Source: Magnetococcales bacterium (GTDB taxonomy: Bacteria > Pseudomonadota > Magnetococcia > Magnetococcales > JADFXB01). Taken from it: a stretch of 64,000 nucleotides of DNA. Where the stretch lies: positions 2,532 through 66,531 of the forward strand of contig JADFXB010000008.1 of assembly GCA_015233935.1 (NCBI GenBank). Direction: 5' to 3'. The translations under genes were made by a program, and so were the position numbers. Positions 19,001 to 27,582 of this stretch are shown here, piece after piece; the stretch's first letter is position 1, and every line of letters begins with the position of its first letter. Under the pieces are notes generated by a model. That model was not told the DNA's origin, searched no databases, and worked only from the letters and a program-made list of their open reading frames with translations.

Positions 19001-19841
19001 CCAATGCGTGGATATTCTGGTCAATGCGGATCGTATGCGCTTAAAACAGGTCTTTCTCAACCTGCTCTCCAATGCCATCAAGTACAATCGGGATAATGGG
19101 CGCGTAATGATTCGCTGCATCCTGCTGGATGAGGAGCAAGTACAGGTTTTGGTGGTGGATACAGGTAAGGGAATTGCCACGGAGCATTTGGGATCGGTTT
19201 TTGAACCCTTCAATCGCTTGGGAGCAGAACACAGTTCTGTTGAGGGAACCGGAATTGGTCTGGTCATCACCAAACGGTTGGTGGAAAACATGGGCGGCTC
19301 CATTGGTGTGTCCAGTCAACTGGGGGTTGGCAGCACTTTTCACCTTATTTTACGGGCAGTGCGAAAAGTCACCTCCAACAGAGAGGATGGAACCACTGTC
19401 ATCGATGAAGAGGTCAGTTGCGGGGTCAGCCAGGAAAGAAAAATTTTCCAATTGCTCTATGTGGAAGATAATCCAGCCAATCTCAAATTGGTGGAACGCC
19501 TGATCCAGCGACGCAATGATTTTCAACTGTTGGCCGCCCCCTCACCCGTTTTGGGGCTGGACCTGGCAAGGGCGCGTCGTCCCGACCTCATTCTTCTGGA
19601 TATCAATCTGCCGGGCATGAACGGTTATGAAGTCCTGAAACGATTGAAAGATGACCCAGAAGTCTCTTCTATCCCGGTGGTGGCCATCAGTGCCAATGCC
19701 ATGCCCCAGGATGTAGCCAAGGGATTGTCCATGGGCTTTCGTCGCTATCTGACCAAACCCCTGGATGTCCACCTGTTTATGGAAACCTTGGATGCCATCG
19801 TGGAAGAACGGTTGCATGCTGCAACCAACAAAAAGGGTTAA
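16005..19841 (+). CDS. Large hybrid sensor kinase (N-terminal Hpt-like module, two receiver-like domains, ~4 PAS, HisKA, HATPase_c, C-terminal receiver)
   Basis: FLQRLIGSSATFDF Hpt-like helix; receiver YRVLLVDDDD...VVVLDLYLPGCNG; PAS blocks (e.g. RKDGTFYWVEATIVPF, RRKNGEFFYCFLSS); H-box MSHELRTPMNAV; GTGIGLVITKRLV; C-terminal LLYVEDNPANL...LILLDINLPGMNG. Confidence 0.88.
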   Translation: MSINELEDGIGRLRAAFLAQLPDRIADMEHSFQNWQASKGEWHHLDELHLFLQRLIGSSATFDFLELSEKVRPFSNLVKRLLNRKNSPDQEIIGWVASHLVELKSYSVHLQESFQQQSCQKSDTRSVPYWPTERQVFILCQDEDLIQQFQWEISKRDHQICRFNTLEEMILAMQDGGMPAGLVIDMDMLPQVDADVRIYFESKYRNMQTPVPVIILSSQDGLNARLRAVRMGGNHFSHKPVNVFKLSLLLTPWLKTAPLEPYRVLLVDDDDLLIQYYQIVLASAGFQVEAIQDPFRLLDVMHSFNPEVVVLDLYLPGCNGIELASVIRQSEMFITTPILFLSAEENLGRRLSDQHLAHMDHLLKPVYPTALIRAVSARIKQARARSLMEEHLRSALQELENFQFALNQHAIVSATDHLGRITYVNDKFCEISEYSPHELIGATHRIVNSGFHPSSFFQGMWETILSGQVWHGQVKNRRKDGTFYWVEATIVPFMDEHGYPREFISIRTEITHQKKTEEEARSMALFAEMNPSPVFRLDRSGHILEANPAAVQILGIGDKLGEKLSTLLPNAEHLDVDACIRDNETIALALQLEDHYYQFVLHGVADLGVCHAYGFDVTDLENARGELQEAKEYAESLINSSLDMIISVDINRRISQFNPAAERCFGYRQDEVLGRTTDFLYADPDEVEKLRSITWVNGQFKGEIRSRRKNGEFFYCFLSSSPLYDKSGRRIGYMGISRDITELKMAEEVLRENEQRIRAILESTVDGIIVADEKGIVELYNSSAERIFGYAAEEVMGQNLNMLMPEPYASEHDAYLQNYLSSGIAKIIGVGREVEGRRKTGQTVPLFLSVSEFRLGEKRMFTGVVSDITARKQAEMDLRAAKEAAEKASRAKSEFLSSMSHELRTPMNAVLGFSQLMQSDPTEPLSESQQDSVQEIISAGQHLLELINEVLDLAKIEAGRVQLTMEEVSLREVLEECLSLVSALALQKGILVELEEMQCQCVDILVNADRMRLKQVFLNLLSNAIKYNRDNGRVMIRCILLDEEQVQVLVVDTGKGIATEHLGSVFEPFNRLGAEHSSVEGTGIGLVITKRLVENMGGSIGVSSQLGVGSTFHLILRAVRKVTSNREDGTTVIDEEVSCGVSQERKIFQLLYVEDNPANLKLVERLIQRRNDFQLLAAPSPVLGLDLARARRPDLILLDINLPGMNGYEVLKRLKDDPEVSSIPVVAISANAMPQDVAKGLSMGFRRYLTKPLDVHLFMETLDAIVEERLHAATNKKG

Positions 19842-19870
19842 TCCCTGGATGATCTGCCGGAGGATGGGTT

Positions 19871-20536
19871 GTGCTCAATGAACTGCTCCCCAAACTGATC
19901 GTTTGGATCCCGGCCATCCTGCTGGCGGTTACCTTTCATGAATGGGCACACGGCTTTGTGGCCCATTTGTTTGGGGACCCCACTCCCAAACGGGCAGGAC
20001 GCCTTACCCTCAATCCCTGGCCGCACCTGGATTTTACCTGGAGTTTTCTTATTCCGGTGATCCTGTTGGTGGTCTCCTTATCCACCACAGGGCAACCTTT
20101 TGTCTTTGGTGGGGCCAAGCCGGTTCCCATCAATCCCAGTTATTTTCGCGCCTCCTGGCGGCTTCCCATGTTTTTGATTGCCATCGCTGGGGCAGGGATG
20201 AACCTCCTGTTGGCCTTGCTGGCTGCTTTTTCTCTTGCCGGAGCATTGCATTTGCCAGCATTTTTTGGCATACCCCTGCAATATTTCTTTTTGGCGTTCA
20301 TCCAAATGAATGTTTTCCTGGCCGTCTTCAACCTGTTTCCCCTGCTACCCCTGGATGGTGGACGGGCCATCGCCGCCTTGTTGCCGGAAGGCTTGGGAAA
20401 ACTGTATGGACGATTGGAACCGTTGGGGCTGCCCCTCTTGGTTCTCTTGATGTTTTCTGGAGTGCTGGGGCAAGTTATCCATCCCGTTGTCAATCACTTG
20501 TTCCGATTTTACCTTGGGGTGATCGGTGGGTCTTAA
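19871..20536 (+). CDS. Site-2 protease family (M50) membrane metalloprotease
   Basis: HEWAHGFVAH (HExxH) in a polytopic protein; GTG start. Confidence 0.8.
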   Translation: MLNELLPKLIVWIPAILLAVTFHEWAHGFVAHLFGDPTPKRAGRLTLNPWPHLDFTWSFLIPVILLVVSLSTTGQPFVFGGAKPVPINPSYFRASWRLPMFLIAIAGAGMNLLLALLAAFSLAGALHLPAFFGIPLQYFFLAFIQMNVFLAVFNLFPLLPLDGGRAIAALLPEGLGKLYGRLEPLGLPLLVLLMFSGVLGQVIHPVVNHLFRFYLGVIGGS

Positions 20537-20556
20537 AAAGAAGGAGTAACCAAATC

Positions 20557-21564
20557 ATGGGGCCGGTGGTATTTAGCGGTGCGCAGCCCACAGGACAGCT
20601 CACGCTGGGCAATTTTCTGGGAGCTTTGCGCAACTGGGTGGCCATGCAAGCCAGCCACGACTGTATCTTCTGTATCGTTGATCTGCACGCTCTCACCGTG
20701 CGCCAGGATCCCAAAGAGTTGCGGGAGCGCAGCCTGGAGTTGGCCGCCCTCTACCTGGCCTGTGGCATCGATCCTGCCAAGAGCACCGTCTTTATCCAAA
20801 GCCATGTACCCGCCCACGCCGAACTGGCCTGGTTACTCTCCACCTTTACCCAAATGGGCGAACTGGAGCGCATGACCCAGTTCAAGGATAAGGCCCAACG
20901 CCATCGGCAAAATGTCAACGCCGGTCTCTTTACCTACCCAGTCCTCATGGCCGCCGATATCCTCCTCTACCAGACAGAAAAAGTGCCGGTGGGTGAGGAT
21001 CAAAAACAACATCTGGAACTGACCCGTGACATTGCCGTTCGCTTCAATGGCCTCTACGGTCAAATTTTCAAGATTCCCGAACCCATGATTGCCGCCGATG
21101 GAGCCAGGGTGAAGGATTTGCAGGAACCCAGTAAAAAAATGTCCAAAAGTGCCGAGTCGGAGCTGGCACGGGTGATGATCCTGGACGATCCCAAAGAGGT
21201 GGTGAAAAAATTCAAAAAGGCGGTGACCGACGGTCTCAACCAAATTTGTTTTGATGAAGAAAATCAACCGGGGGTGACCAATCTATTGGATATCTGGTGC
21301 GTGGTCACCGGCCACAGCAAAGAGGAGGCCCTGGCCCATTTTTCCCATAACCAGTATGGACGCCTCAAAATGGAAACCGGTGAAGTGGTGGCTGCCGCCC
21401 TCTCCCCGGTTCGGGAGGAGTTCGCCCGTTTGCGGCGGGAGGAGGGGTATCTGGACAGCATTTTGCGGCAAGGTGCCCTCCAGGCCAGACAGCGGGCTGG
21501 TCGTACCCTGGCAGATGCCTATCGGGTGGTGGGACTGCCCCCTCTACCGGGTGGGGATTCCTGA
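20557..21564 (+). CDS. trpS: Tryptophan--tRNA ligase
   Basis: GAQPTGQLTLGNFLGA and KKMSKS motifs. ATG at 20557 has an AAGGAG Shine-Dalgarno 10 nt upstream. The track ORF 19942-21564 is an in-frame upstream read-through. Confidence 0.92.
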   Translation: MGPVVFSGAQPTGQLTLGNFLGALRNWVAMQASHDCIFCIVDLHALTVRQDPKELRERSLELAALYLACGIDPAKSTVFIQSHVPAHAELAWLLSTFTQMGELERMTQFKDKAQRHRQNVNAGLFTYPVLMAADILLYQTEKVPVGEDQKQHLELTRDIAVRFNGLYGQIFKIPEPMIAADGARVKDLQEPSKKMSKSAESELARVMILDDPKEVVKKFKKAVTDGLNQICFDEENQPGVTNLLDIWCVVTGHSKEEALAHFSHNQYGRLKMETGEVVAAALSPVREEFARLRREEGYLDSILRQGALQARQRAGRTLADAYRVVGLPPLPGGDS

Positions 21565-22379
21565 TGACCAAGGAGGAAGATAACGGAACCACACAAGGTA
21601 TCCGTCTGCAAAAATGGCTGGCAGAAGCGGGTTTGTGCTCGCGTCGCCAGGGAGAACAATGGATTGTGGCCGGTCGCGTAACCGTCAATGGCCAAGTGGT
21701 GCAGCAACTGGGAACACGGGTGGTCCCTGGTGATAAGGTGGCGGTGGATGGGCGTTCGGTGGCCGGTGAAACCCAAAGTGGCAGTGCCGTTCTGGCTTTC
21801 AACAAACCGGTGGGGGTGCTTTGTTCCCGCAAGGATCCCCAAGGGCGCAAAACCATTTTTGATCTTATGGGAGAAGCGGGCAACGGTTTGATTTCCGTGG
21901 GTCGCCTGGACCTCAATTCGGAAGGTTTGCTTCTTCTTACCAAAGATGGCCAACTGGTGCATCAACTTACCCATCCCAGCCGCCAAGTGGCCCGCATCTA
22001 TCGGGCAAGGGTCCGGGGGCGTTTGGATGAGGCCATGATGGAAAGAATTCGTGCCGGCGTGGCCCTGGATGATGGTCATACCGGTCCCTTGGAAGTCGCC
22101 CTGGATCGGGTGCCGGAAGGCTCCAATAGCTGGGTGACCATCACCCTGCGGGAGGGGCGCAATCGTCTGGTCCGTCGTATTTTTGAATTTTTTGGCATGG
22201 AGGTCTCCCGCTTAATCCGCATCTCCTACGGTGGGGTGACCCTGGGAGAGATGCCCACCGCCCACTGGCGCATCCTGGAGCGTTGGGAGGCCAATCTGTT
22301 GCGCCAGGCGGCTGGCATGGACATTATTCCCGGTGTGTATCGGGAAAAGCGCAAAAGGCATGCGGAGGAAGAGGGGTGA
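21564..22379 (+). CDS. rluB: S4-domain pseudouridine synthase (RsuA/RluB family)
   Basis: N-terminal S4 (RLQKWLAEAGLCSRRQGE) and catalytic GRLDLNSEGLLLLT. The start overlaps the trpS stop. Confidence 0.85.
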   Translation: MTKEEDNGTTQGIRLQKWLAEAGLCSRRQGEQWIVAGRVTVNGQVVQQLGTRVVPGDKVAVDGRSVAGETQSGSAVLAFNKPVGVLCSRKDPQGRKTIFDLMGEAGNGLISVGRLDLNSEGLLLLTKDGQLVHQLTHPSRQVARIYRARVRGRLDEAMMERIRAGVALDDGHTGPLEVALDRVPEGSNSWVTITLREGRNRLVRRIFEFFGMEVSRLIRISYGGVTLGEMPTAHWRILERWEANLLRQAAGMDIIPGVYREKRKRHAEEEG

Positions 22380-23746
22380 CAGGCAAAGCTGCCAGAGTTG
22401 GCCTGCTGCTCCTTTGCTCCTTGTCCATCTCATGGGCCTGGGGAGAGCGGCGGGAAGAGCTGCTCTCCCAATTGCTGAATATTCAGCAGGAAGGGTTGCA
22501 GGCCAAAGGAAGGGTGACCGTCCGTTCTCTTTCCCCTCCCCATGTGGAAATCCAACTGGATGAAGCCACGGGTGAAGGTCCCCGTCTGGTTCGCTTGTTA
22601 TCCCGCTGGATGCAATTGCCGCCGGAGATGAGCCAGGATTTTCCCATCAAGCAAATGACCTTGCATCAAACCTTGATGATTTACAAGGCGGGCGGCTGGA
22701 CCATGGAAAGCCAACGACTTTCCATCCCGGAAGGCGAGTTTAAAAATCTTTCCTATGCCAAATCCCCTGAAGGCACCTGGCAATTGTCGGTGCGCCAGGC
22801 CGATTTGCAACGCATACCTGCCTGGCCCGGTGTTCCCCAGTTGGGGGAGGTGCACGGAGAACGGTTGTCCGCTTCCGGCGATGAAAAATCGTTGCGCTGG
22901 GAGTTGAAATCCTGGCGCGGCGGCGGGATGCAACTGGAGCAGGGCAGCGGTTCTTATAATGGCTCTGCACCCACCCCCCTGTTGCCCTGGAGTGGAAGGG
23001 CAAACAAGGTGGTGGTGGACTTAGCCCCCTTGTGGAGCTGGACTTCTGAATTGCCGCAGGTGGTGAAATTTCGTCAGGATATCTCCCATATGTTGGGGGT
23101 GGACACCTTGCGTCCCAGTGGGCGATTATTGCTCCAAAATCCGGATTTTCAAGGGGGGTATGAACCTGTGCGTCAACAGGTGGGCGACTTGAAGGGCAAG
23201 GGGGCTTTGTCTCTTGCCGATGAGGGGATCACCCTGCTGGCAGCCGGGGCGGGCAAAGAGGAAAAAATCCGCATCACCACCTTGAAAGGGCAACTGCGTG
23301 GTGAAGGGGAAGGTTTGGGGTTGGAACAGGCACGCCTTTTCCTGACCAGCGGTGGCGGCACGGGCCAGTTGACGGGAACCTTTTCCTCCCGTTTGGAAAA
23401 AAGCCGTTTTGACAGTACCTTCGATGCATTGATGCTGGCAGGTTGGCAACTGGACGGCCAGTTGGGTTGGCAACCAGGCAGTAAAAAACCGCTGCAACTG
23501 ACCCTCAACGGGCCTAAGGGGCAATCGGTGGTAATGGTGGGGGAGAGCACCCCCTGGAGTTGGCAAAAAATGGCAGGCATCGATTTCAACCTAAGTCGCC
23601 TGGAAGTTAAAGGAATACCCAAGGGAGAGAATACTCTTTTGAAAGAAATACCCCTGTTCAGACAATCGGTGCCCCTACGGATTCGTGCCAGGCAGGCCAC
23701 CTTTGATCGCAAGGTGGTTGCCGACTATCAGTTGACCTCCCGGTGA
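22376..23746 (+). CDS. Exported hypothetical protein
   Basis: ORF 22283-23746. A GTG at 22376 overlaps the rluB stop (GTGA) and gives a signal-like VTGKAARVGLLLLCSLSISWAWG. I recognise no family. Confidence 0.55.
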   Translation: MTGKAARVGLLLLCSLSISWAWGERREELLSQLLNIQQEGLQAKGRVTVRSLSPPHVEIQLDEATGEGPRLVRLLSRWMQLPPEMSQDFPIKQMTLHQTLMIYKAGGWTMESQRLSIPEGEFKNLSYAKSPEGTWQLSVRQADLQRIPAWPGVPQLGEVHGERLSASGDEKSLRWELKSWRGGGMQLEQGSGSYNGSAPTPLLPWSGRANKVVVDLAPLWSWTSELPQVVKFRQDISHMLGVDTLRPSGRLLLQNPDFQGGYEPVRQQVGDLKGKGALSLADEGITLLAAGAGKEEKIRITTLKGQLRGEGEGLGLEQARLFLTSGGGTGQLTGTFSSRLEKSRFDSTFDALMLAGWQLDGQLGWQPGSKKPLQLTLNGPKGQSVVMVGESTPWSWQKMAGIDFNLSRLEVKGIPKGENTLLKEIPLFRQSVPLRIRARQATFDRKVVADYQLTSR

Positions 23747-23749
23747 GCC

Positions 23750-24817
23750 ATGCGTGTTTGGACTCTACCTCTTGCCGCCGTCCTGCTTTCCCTGCTTTTC
23801 TCCCTGGCTATTGCTGAAGTTGTGATTCGTCTGGTGATCGGTGCCCCAATGCAAGAACAGTTCCCCTTGCTGGAGGTGGTCCCTGATCGCGAATTGGGCT
23901 TTTTCATGGTGCCGGGAAGCTTCCATTACACCTATCAGGTACCGGTGCAGTTGAATGATCTTGGTTTTCGCGGTCCCCAGGTGTCTGCTGAAAAACCTGT
24001 TGGCGAGGTGCGGCTGTTGGCTTTGGGGGATTCCCATGTTTATGGTCAGGGGGTGGCCGATGAAGACCTCATGACTACCCGATTGGAATCTCTCCTGCAA
24101 CAGGCCAATCCTTCTTGCCGAATCCGGGTGATCAACTTGGGTGTGCGAGGGTACAGTATTAATCAGGAAGCGGCCTTGATAAAAAATTTGGCCCCCCGAC
24201 TGGCAGGCCAACGCGTATTGTTTTTTCCCTACTTAAATGATTTTGACCCGGTTGATATTGGTCGTCGTTTTCGGTATCACCATTATTTTGATAGGTATGT
24301 TTTTGATCTGACAGATAAAGCTGAAGGTGATGCCCTGGCGAAATGGCAATGGCGACAGATATTTCGTCACAGTGCCCTGTTAATGTGGGGGCATGACATG
24401 GTTGAACTGTATCGCAGTCGTGATCATTTGGAAAATCGTATCTTGCAGGGCGTGAAAGACGAAGAGGTGGTCGCTATCAGACAAAAGGTGGGTGGTCATT
24501 TGCAGGAACTGGCGCGTTGGAGTGATGCCTATGGGTTACCGGTAACGGTCATCCCTGTTCCTGCCGCTCCCCAGTTGGTAAGGGATTTTCCCAATGAACT
24601 TTATCAATCCTTCTTCCGGGAGTGGGCAGAGCGGTTGAACTGGCATTATGCCGATCCCTTACCCGTCATGCGCCAGCAGAGCAAACAGTTGGGACGATTG
24701 CCCGTGTTACCCTATGACGGCCATTATGATGCCCATGGGCAAAAGGCCCTTGCTGTGGCGGTGGCGGAGCATTTGGGTCAGGGGGGATTCTCTTGTCCTG
24801 AAGAGGCGGTGCGATAG
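23750..24817 (+). CDS. Membrane-anchored SGNH/GDSL hydrolase family protein
   Basis: N-terminal TM segment and an LALGDSHVYGQG block. Confidence 0.65.
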   Translation: MRVWTLPLAAVLLSLLFSLAIAEVVIRLVIGAPMQEQFPLLEVVPDRELGFFMVPGSFHYTYQVPVQLNDLGFRGPQVSAEKPVGEVRLLALGDSHVYGQGVADEDLMTTRLESLLQQANPSCRIRVINLGVRGYSINQEAALIKNLAPRLAGQRVLFFPYLNDFDPVDIGRRFRYHHYFDRYVFDLTDKAEGDALAKWQWRQIFRHSALLMWGHDMVELYRSRDHLENRILQGVKDEEVVAIRQKVGGHLQELARWSDAYGLPVTVIPVPAAPQLVRDFPNELYQSFFREWAERLNWHYADPLPVMRQQSKQLGRLPVLPYDGHYDAHGQKALAVAVAEHLGQGGFSCPEEAVR

Positions 24818-26757
24818 GATTGGTTGGGATGGTTGGGTTTATCCGGGTGTTGCATCTCCAACTCCCCTTGGGCAATCATTTCGCGCAAATAATAGAAGCG
24901 AACATAGGCGGGTGCCCGTCCCAACAATGTAGAAAGGGTTCGCAGGGAAAGAAACTGTCCTTGGCAGGCTGCAAGGATCAACCGTTGGATTTCTCGTCTT
25001 TCTGTTCTTCCCTGTGAACGAATCATATCGGCCTGTTTAAGCAGCTCTTCCGGCAAATATGCAGAGCTCGGGTCCAAATATGCAGATCTCGGGTCCAAAT
25101 ATGCAGAGCTCGGGTCCAAATATGCAGAGCTGTTATCCGGCAAATATGCAGAGCTCGGGTCCAAATATGCAGAGCTGCCATCCGGTAAAGTTGCAGAGCT
25201 GTCCCCGTCTGTATTATTTATTTCATGTTCTGTGGTTGGTGGGGTGGTGGGTTTGGGTTCTGGTAGAGAATACCAAGTTCCACGTTTGACACCATGGGAT
25301 TCCAGTATTCCCTCGGTTACCAGTTGGCGCAACAATCCGGTCAAGTCGCTTGGATGCAAATCCGTGAGTTCCTGCATGCGTTTGTTGGTGATACGTCCCT
25401 CCTGCAAGGCGGTGGCAATGGCCAGGCGACCGTCATGTCCAAGTTTGACAAGCTGGGGGGCAAAGCGTTGATGCAGAGCCTCGTTGACATCTTCCGGGAA
25501 GAGACTTAGGGAGGTGAGGGTGAGGCGTGTTTCGTAGAGTTGGTGGTTTTCTTCCAAAATGGGAATTCGCCAATGCTGTTCCCGCCACGCCAGCAGGATG
25601 CGTGGAAAACCGGACCCGGCTTTTTCGCCCGCGCCAATCATTTGAAACAGGGTTTGCAGGGCAGGATTGCGACAATCACTGCGACCGCCCTGAAGAATTT
25701 GTTCTTTTGGCAGACGCAGGGTGCCAGGATTGATAAATTCATAGCTGTTGGTGGAACGACGAATGCGAATTCCGCCATGGCCGGAATAATCGGCATGGAT
25801 CAAGGTATTGACCACGGCCTCCCGCAAGGCTTGGTGCTGGGGGGTGTCGTCGATGCGCATAAGATTGCCATCCAGTTGGAAAGGCAGACGCAGACCATCC
25901 CGTAATTTGGGTATGACCTTGCGGTAGAATTCAAACAGGTTGCCTGGCCAGAGTCCATCCAGGGTAATACGGTCAAGCCAACGTAAGCTGGTGGGTTGGG
26001 TGCTGTCTGGTAGATGTTGGTAATCAAGATGAAAGTGGGGCAGTCTGTCCAAAATGCTGCGTTGTTTGCCAAACATGAGCAGACCAGCCAGGGTGGGGCC
26101 AGATTGTTGTGAGGTGTGGTGTTGTCGCCAACCACCCAACTGCCGCAACATTTCCCGGTTATCACCGGCCAGAAAGGGATGTCCGGGTGAGTGGCTGCTA
26201 AAAAGATTGCGGTAGGCGGTCAGACTGTCGGAATCCAAATCTTCCATGGAACAATCAGAGAGGATTTCACCATCTCGTGGGGTTTCCTGGGCATCGGCCA
26301 ACATGCGGCGAATTTCGTCCTGTGAGGCACGTTGATCACTGTCGTGACGACGCAGAAAGGTGCCTTTCAAGGGGTTGCCGTTCAAGAAAACAGGGCGTTG
26401 GCGTCTGTCGGCGCGTGGGATATGGATCAAAAGGAGGGCATGATCTCCGATATGAATATGTTCCACATCTTTTGGTTGCAGAAGATTGTGGCTGACCTTG
26501 TCATGATCGTTAATCTGGGTCCAGAAATGGTGTTCCACCCGTTCAATATCGGGAATTCCCACAGGATGAAGACAACCATCTCGTCCTTCCCGTGCACCAA
26601 GCAGGATAATGCCGCCTTCGGTATTGGCCATGGCACTGTAGGTTTCCCAAAGGTTGGCAGGCACCTGTCCACGACCATCCCGTCCGGTGGCTGTTTTTGC
26701 CTCAAAATCCCAGCTTTCGCGAAGTGCATCCAAATCCATTTCCATGGCAACTCTCAT
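24778..26757 (-). CDS. AlbA_2 (Schlafen-like) / HATPase_c_4 / winged-HTH protein ('RecG-like putative transcriptional regulator' family)
   Basis: N-terminal WDFEAKTA...TEGGIILLGAREG; central LREAVVNTLIHADYS and CRNPALQTLFQMIGAGEKAGSGFPRIL; two HTH-like segments separated by SSAYLDP repeats. Confidence 0.7.
   Translation of the reverse strand: MRVAMEMDLDALRESWDFEAKTATGRDGRGQVPANLWETYSAMANTEGGIILLGAREGRDGCLHPVGIPDIERVEHHFWTQINDHDKVSHNLLQPKDVEHIHIGDHALLLIHIPRADRRQRPVFLNGNPLKGTFLRRHDSDQRASQDEIRRMLADAQETPRDGEILSDCSMEDLDSDSLTAYRNLFSSHSPGHPFLAGDNREMLRQLGGWRQHHTSQQSGPTLAGLLMFGKQRSILDRLPHFHLDYQHLPDSTQPTSLRWLDRITLDGLWPGNLFEFYRKVIPKLRDGLRLPFQLDGNLMRIDDTPQHQALREAVVNTLIHADYSGHGGIRIRRSTNSYEFINPGTLRLPKEQILQGGRSDCRNPALQTLFQMIGAGEKAGSGFPRILLAWREQHWRIPILEENHQLYETRLTLTSLSLFPEDVNEALHQRFAPQLVKLGHDGRLAIATALQEGRITNKRMQELTDLHPSDLTGLLRQLVTEGILESHGVKRGTWYSLPEPKPTTPPTTEHEINNTDGDSSATLPDGSSAYLDPSSAYLPDNSSAYLDPSSAYLDPRSAYLDPSSAYLPEELLKQADMIRSQGRTERREIQRLILAACQGQFLSLRTLSTLLGRAPAYVRFYYLREMIAQGELEMQHPDKPNHPNQSYRTASSGQENPP
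25054..25204 (-). repeat. In-frame 21-bp (occasionally 24-bp) tandem repeat, ~7 units, encoding (P/D)SSAYL(D/P) heptads
   Basis: Plus-strand units CAAATATGCAGAGCTCGGGTC at 25054, 25075 (1 mismatch), 25096 and 25141. 24-nt variants at 25117 and 25162, and a degenerate unit at 25186. Confidence 0.9.
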
Positions 26758-26760
26758 CTT

Positions 26761-27567
26761 TTAATCAACAGGGGGTTGCCCTTCGGTGAACCGCCAGCGC
26801 AGACCAAAACCTCCTTTAGAGATCCAGACGGTTTCACAGGGAAAGAGCAATTGGTCTTCCTCCGGCAGTTCCCAATGGCGCAATAAAAGCAGGTCCCCCT
26901 TTTGATTGGAACGGATGGCAGGAGGGTTGACGGTGGTGACAAAGGCTCCAGAGGTGCTGATGTTGCTGATCTCACCTGTTACCGACTCGCCACTTTCCAA
27001 ACGCAAGGCAACAGGAATGGAAAAATAAAACCGCTTGCGGGAGCGGCGACACTGGCTATAGTTTTGTGGACACCCCCAACCATCGTCCACCTCCGATGGA
27101 TGATCCACCTGGCTGGCCGACAAAAGAGAGAGTATTTTTTGATAGGAAAAGGTTTCCTGATTCATCAGGTCAAGTTTGCGCACCAAGACCTGCAACATGA
27201 TGTCCCGAATTTTTTCCCGAACTGCTGGTGCAAACTTGTCGAAGGTATGCTGATTGACCTCCATGGCAATGGTGCCGTCGATGCCACAGACCACCGAACT
27301 GATGCGACGGGAGGTTTGGGAGATGAAGGCCACCTCGCCAAATACGGCTCCCGCCTTTAACTTGAGAAAAAACTGACTGGCAAAGGCTACATAGACGAAG
27401 CCTTTAATCAATATAAAAAACGATGTTCCCGTATCCCCCTGACGAATGACCATCTCTCCTTCGTTGTAGCGATGGAAAATGGCTGCCATATCCGCAATCT
27501 GCTGGCGTTCCTGCTCGGAAAGAGCGCGGAATACGGGAAGTTGTTTAAGCAGATGCACCATTTCCAT
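26761..27567 (-). CDS. Cyclic-nucleotide-binding (CAP/Crp-type) domain fused to a PilZ domain
   Basis: cNMP block GDTGTSFFILIKG...FGEVAFISQTSRRISSV; PilZ RSRKR (RxxxR) and NISTSGAF (NxSxxG). The stop lies 3 nt before the AlbA_2 gene start. Confidence 0.75.
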   Translation of the reverse strand: MEMVHLLKQLPVFRALSEQERQQIADMAAIFHRYNEGEMVIRQGDTGTSFFILIKGFVYVAFASQFFLKLKAGAVFGEVAFISQTSRRISSVVCGIDGTIAMEVNQHTFDKFAPAVREKIRDIMLQVLVRKLDLMNQETFSYQKILSLLSASQVDHPSEVDDGWGCPQNYSQCRRSRKRFYFSIPVALRLESGESVTGEISNISTSGAFVTTVNPPAIRSNQKGDLLLLRHWELPEEDQLLFPCETVWISKGGFGLRWRFTEGQPPVD

Positions 27568-27582
27568 GGGGTATTCTCCTGT

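Noticed and set aside
19942-20556. N-terminal 205-aa extension of the trpS ORF (track ORF 19942-21564).
   Set aside because: The extension overlaps the M50 protease gene in another frame. TrpS homology begins at MGPVVFSGAQPTG, where the ATG at 20557 has an AAGGAG Shine-Dalgarno upstream.
25054-25204. CRISPR-like appearance of regularly spaced 21-bp repeats, and the plus-strand ORF 25059-25289 (MQSSGPNMQISGPN...).
   Set aside because: The repeats are directly adjacent with no spacers. They lie in frame inside a long minus-strand gene with clear domain motifs on both sides. The plus-strand ORF is just the antisense reading of the repeat.
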